Below are positions 63,574 through 64,000 of a stretch of DNA of 64,000 nt, piece by piece. Position 1 is the stretch's first letter. Each line of letters opens with the position of its first letter. The position numbers and the translations under genes are program-made. This DNA is from Pyrodictiaceae archaeon (lineage in GTDB: Archaea > Thermoproteota > Thermoprotei_A > Sulfolobales > Pyrodictiaceae): the NCBI GenBank assembly GCA_027036135.1, contig JALVSY010000016.1:256001-320000 (forward strand), read 5' to 3'. A model generated the notes under the pieces. It was given only the letters and a program-made list of their open reading frames with translations. It made no database searches and was not told the DNA's origin.

Positions 63574-64000
63574 ATGAGTGCGCTGCTTAACGAGGAGCGA
63601 ATAAAGCGCCTAGGTAGTGTGTTGGCACTTGTACCGCGCCATGCTGTGGACATGATAGAGCTGAATGACCCGCAATATACTGCTGTAAAGAAAATTCTCG
63701 ATGCTTGTGGGAAGAGCGGCGTTGTGCTAGTAGTTGCAAACGCGCTGGTCAGTTATAGGCTTAGCTTACAAGGGGAAAAGTACTGGGCAGAGTTCGCAGA
63801 ATACGTTGTAACCAATGGGTGCTCTAGAGACATATACTCCTTTATGAGGAGCTTCCTTGACCAAAGCAAGGGCAATAAGATGATGAGAGAGCAGAAAATA
63901 TCGAGGATAAGGAAAGCGAGTAGCCTCCTCAGCGCGATATACATGGAGCCGGATAAGTACAGAGATCTATGGCTCCTCGTAGAGAGTATATCTAGGAGTC
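63574..64000 (+). CDS. ogg: Archaeal 8-oxoguanine N-glycosylase/AP lyase (AGOG), 3' end off window
   Basis: Manual translation: E.NDPQY, ANALVSYRLS..GE.YW.EFA, QK..RI.K. Confidence 0.88.
   Translation, partial: MSALLNEERIKRLGSVLALVPRHAVDMIELNDPQYTAVKKILDACGKSGVVLVVANALVSYRLSLQGEKYWAEFAEYVVTNGCSRDIYSFMRSFLDQSKGNKMMREQKISRIRKASSLLSAIYMEPDKYRDLWLLVESISRS

Overview
The window looks like the core chromosome of a hyperthermophilic crenarchaeon. The gene set (Rpo8, SmAP3, L38e, TFE-beta, short XPF, AGOG glycosylase, FBP aldolase/phosphatase, GC-rich tRNAs with BHB-type introns) points to Desulfurococcales, probably Pyrodictiaceae-like; this is inferred, not searched. Most of it is housekeeping: SufBC, 2-oxoacid:ferredoxin oxidoreductase, TPI, FBPA/ase, ABCE1, Cgi121, thermosome, TGT, Trm1, Gar1/TFB, and a citrate synthase-ICD-aconitase cluster. 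There are five tRNAs: Arg-CCG, Tyr-GTA with a 96-nt intron, Ser-GCT, Thr-GGT, and Pro-CGG with a 32/33 intron. Two box C/D-type sRNA candidates were read directly from intergenic DNA. Accessory material includes a decayed tRNA-Arg-anchored islet with toxin-antitoxin modules and a degenerate tRNA 3'-half, plus an AT-rich cydAA' (cytochrome bd) pair. Best leads for something undescribed: (i) a 36-aa Glu/Trp peptide gene converging on an extended C/D-like RNA just upstream of ABCE1; (ii) the long, branched tRNA-Tyr intron; (iii) an ~850-bp AT-rich non-coding region and an adjacent degenerate PD-(D/E)XK-like gene that share a CCTG(A/T)CAGG palindrome; (iv) a secreted GH5-like protein lacking the catalytic nucleophile. 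No CRISPR array, rRNA, or intact integrase/transposase was seen. All family calls come from motif recognition only; no database searches were run.
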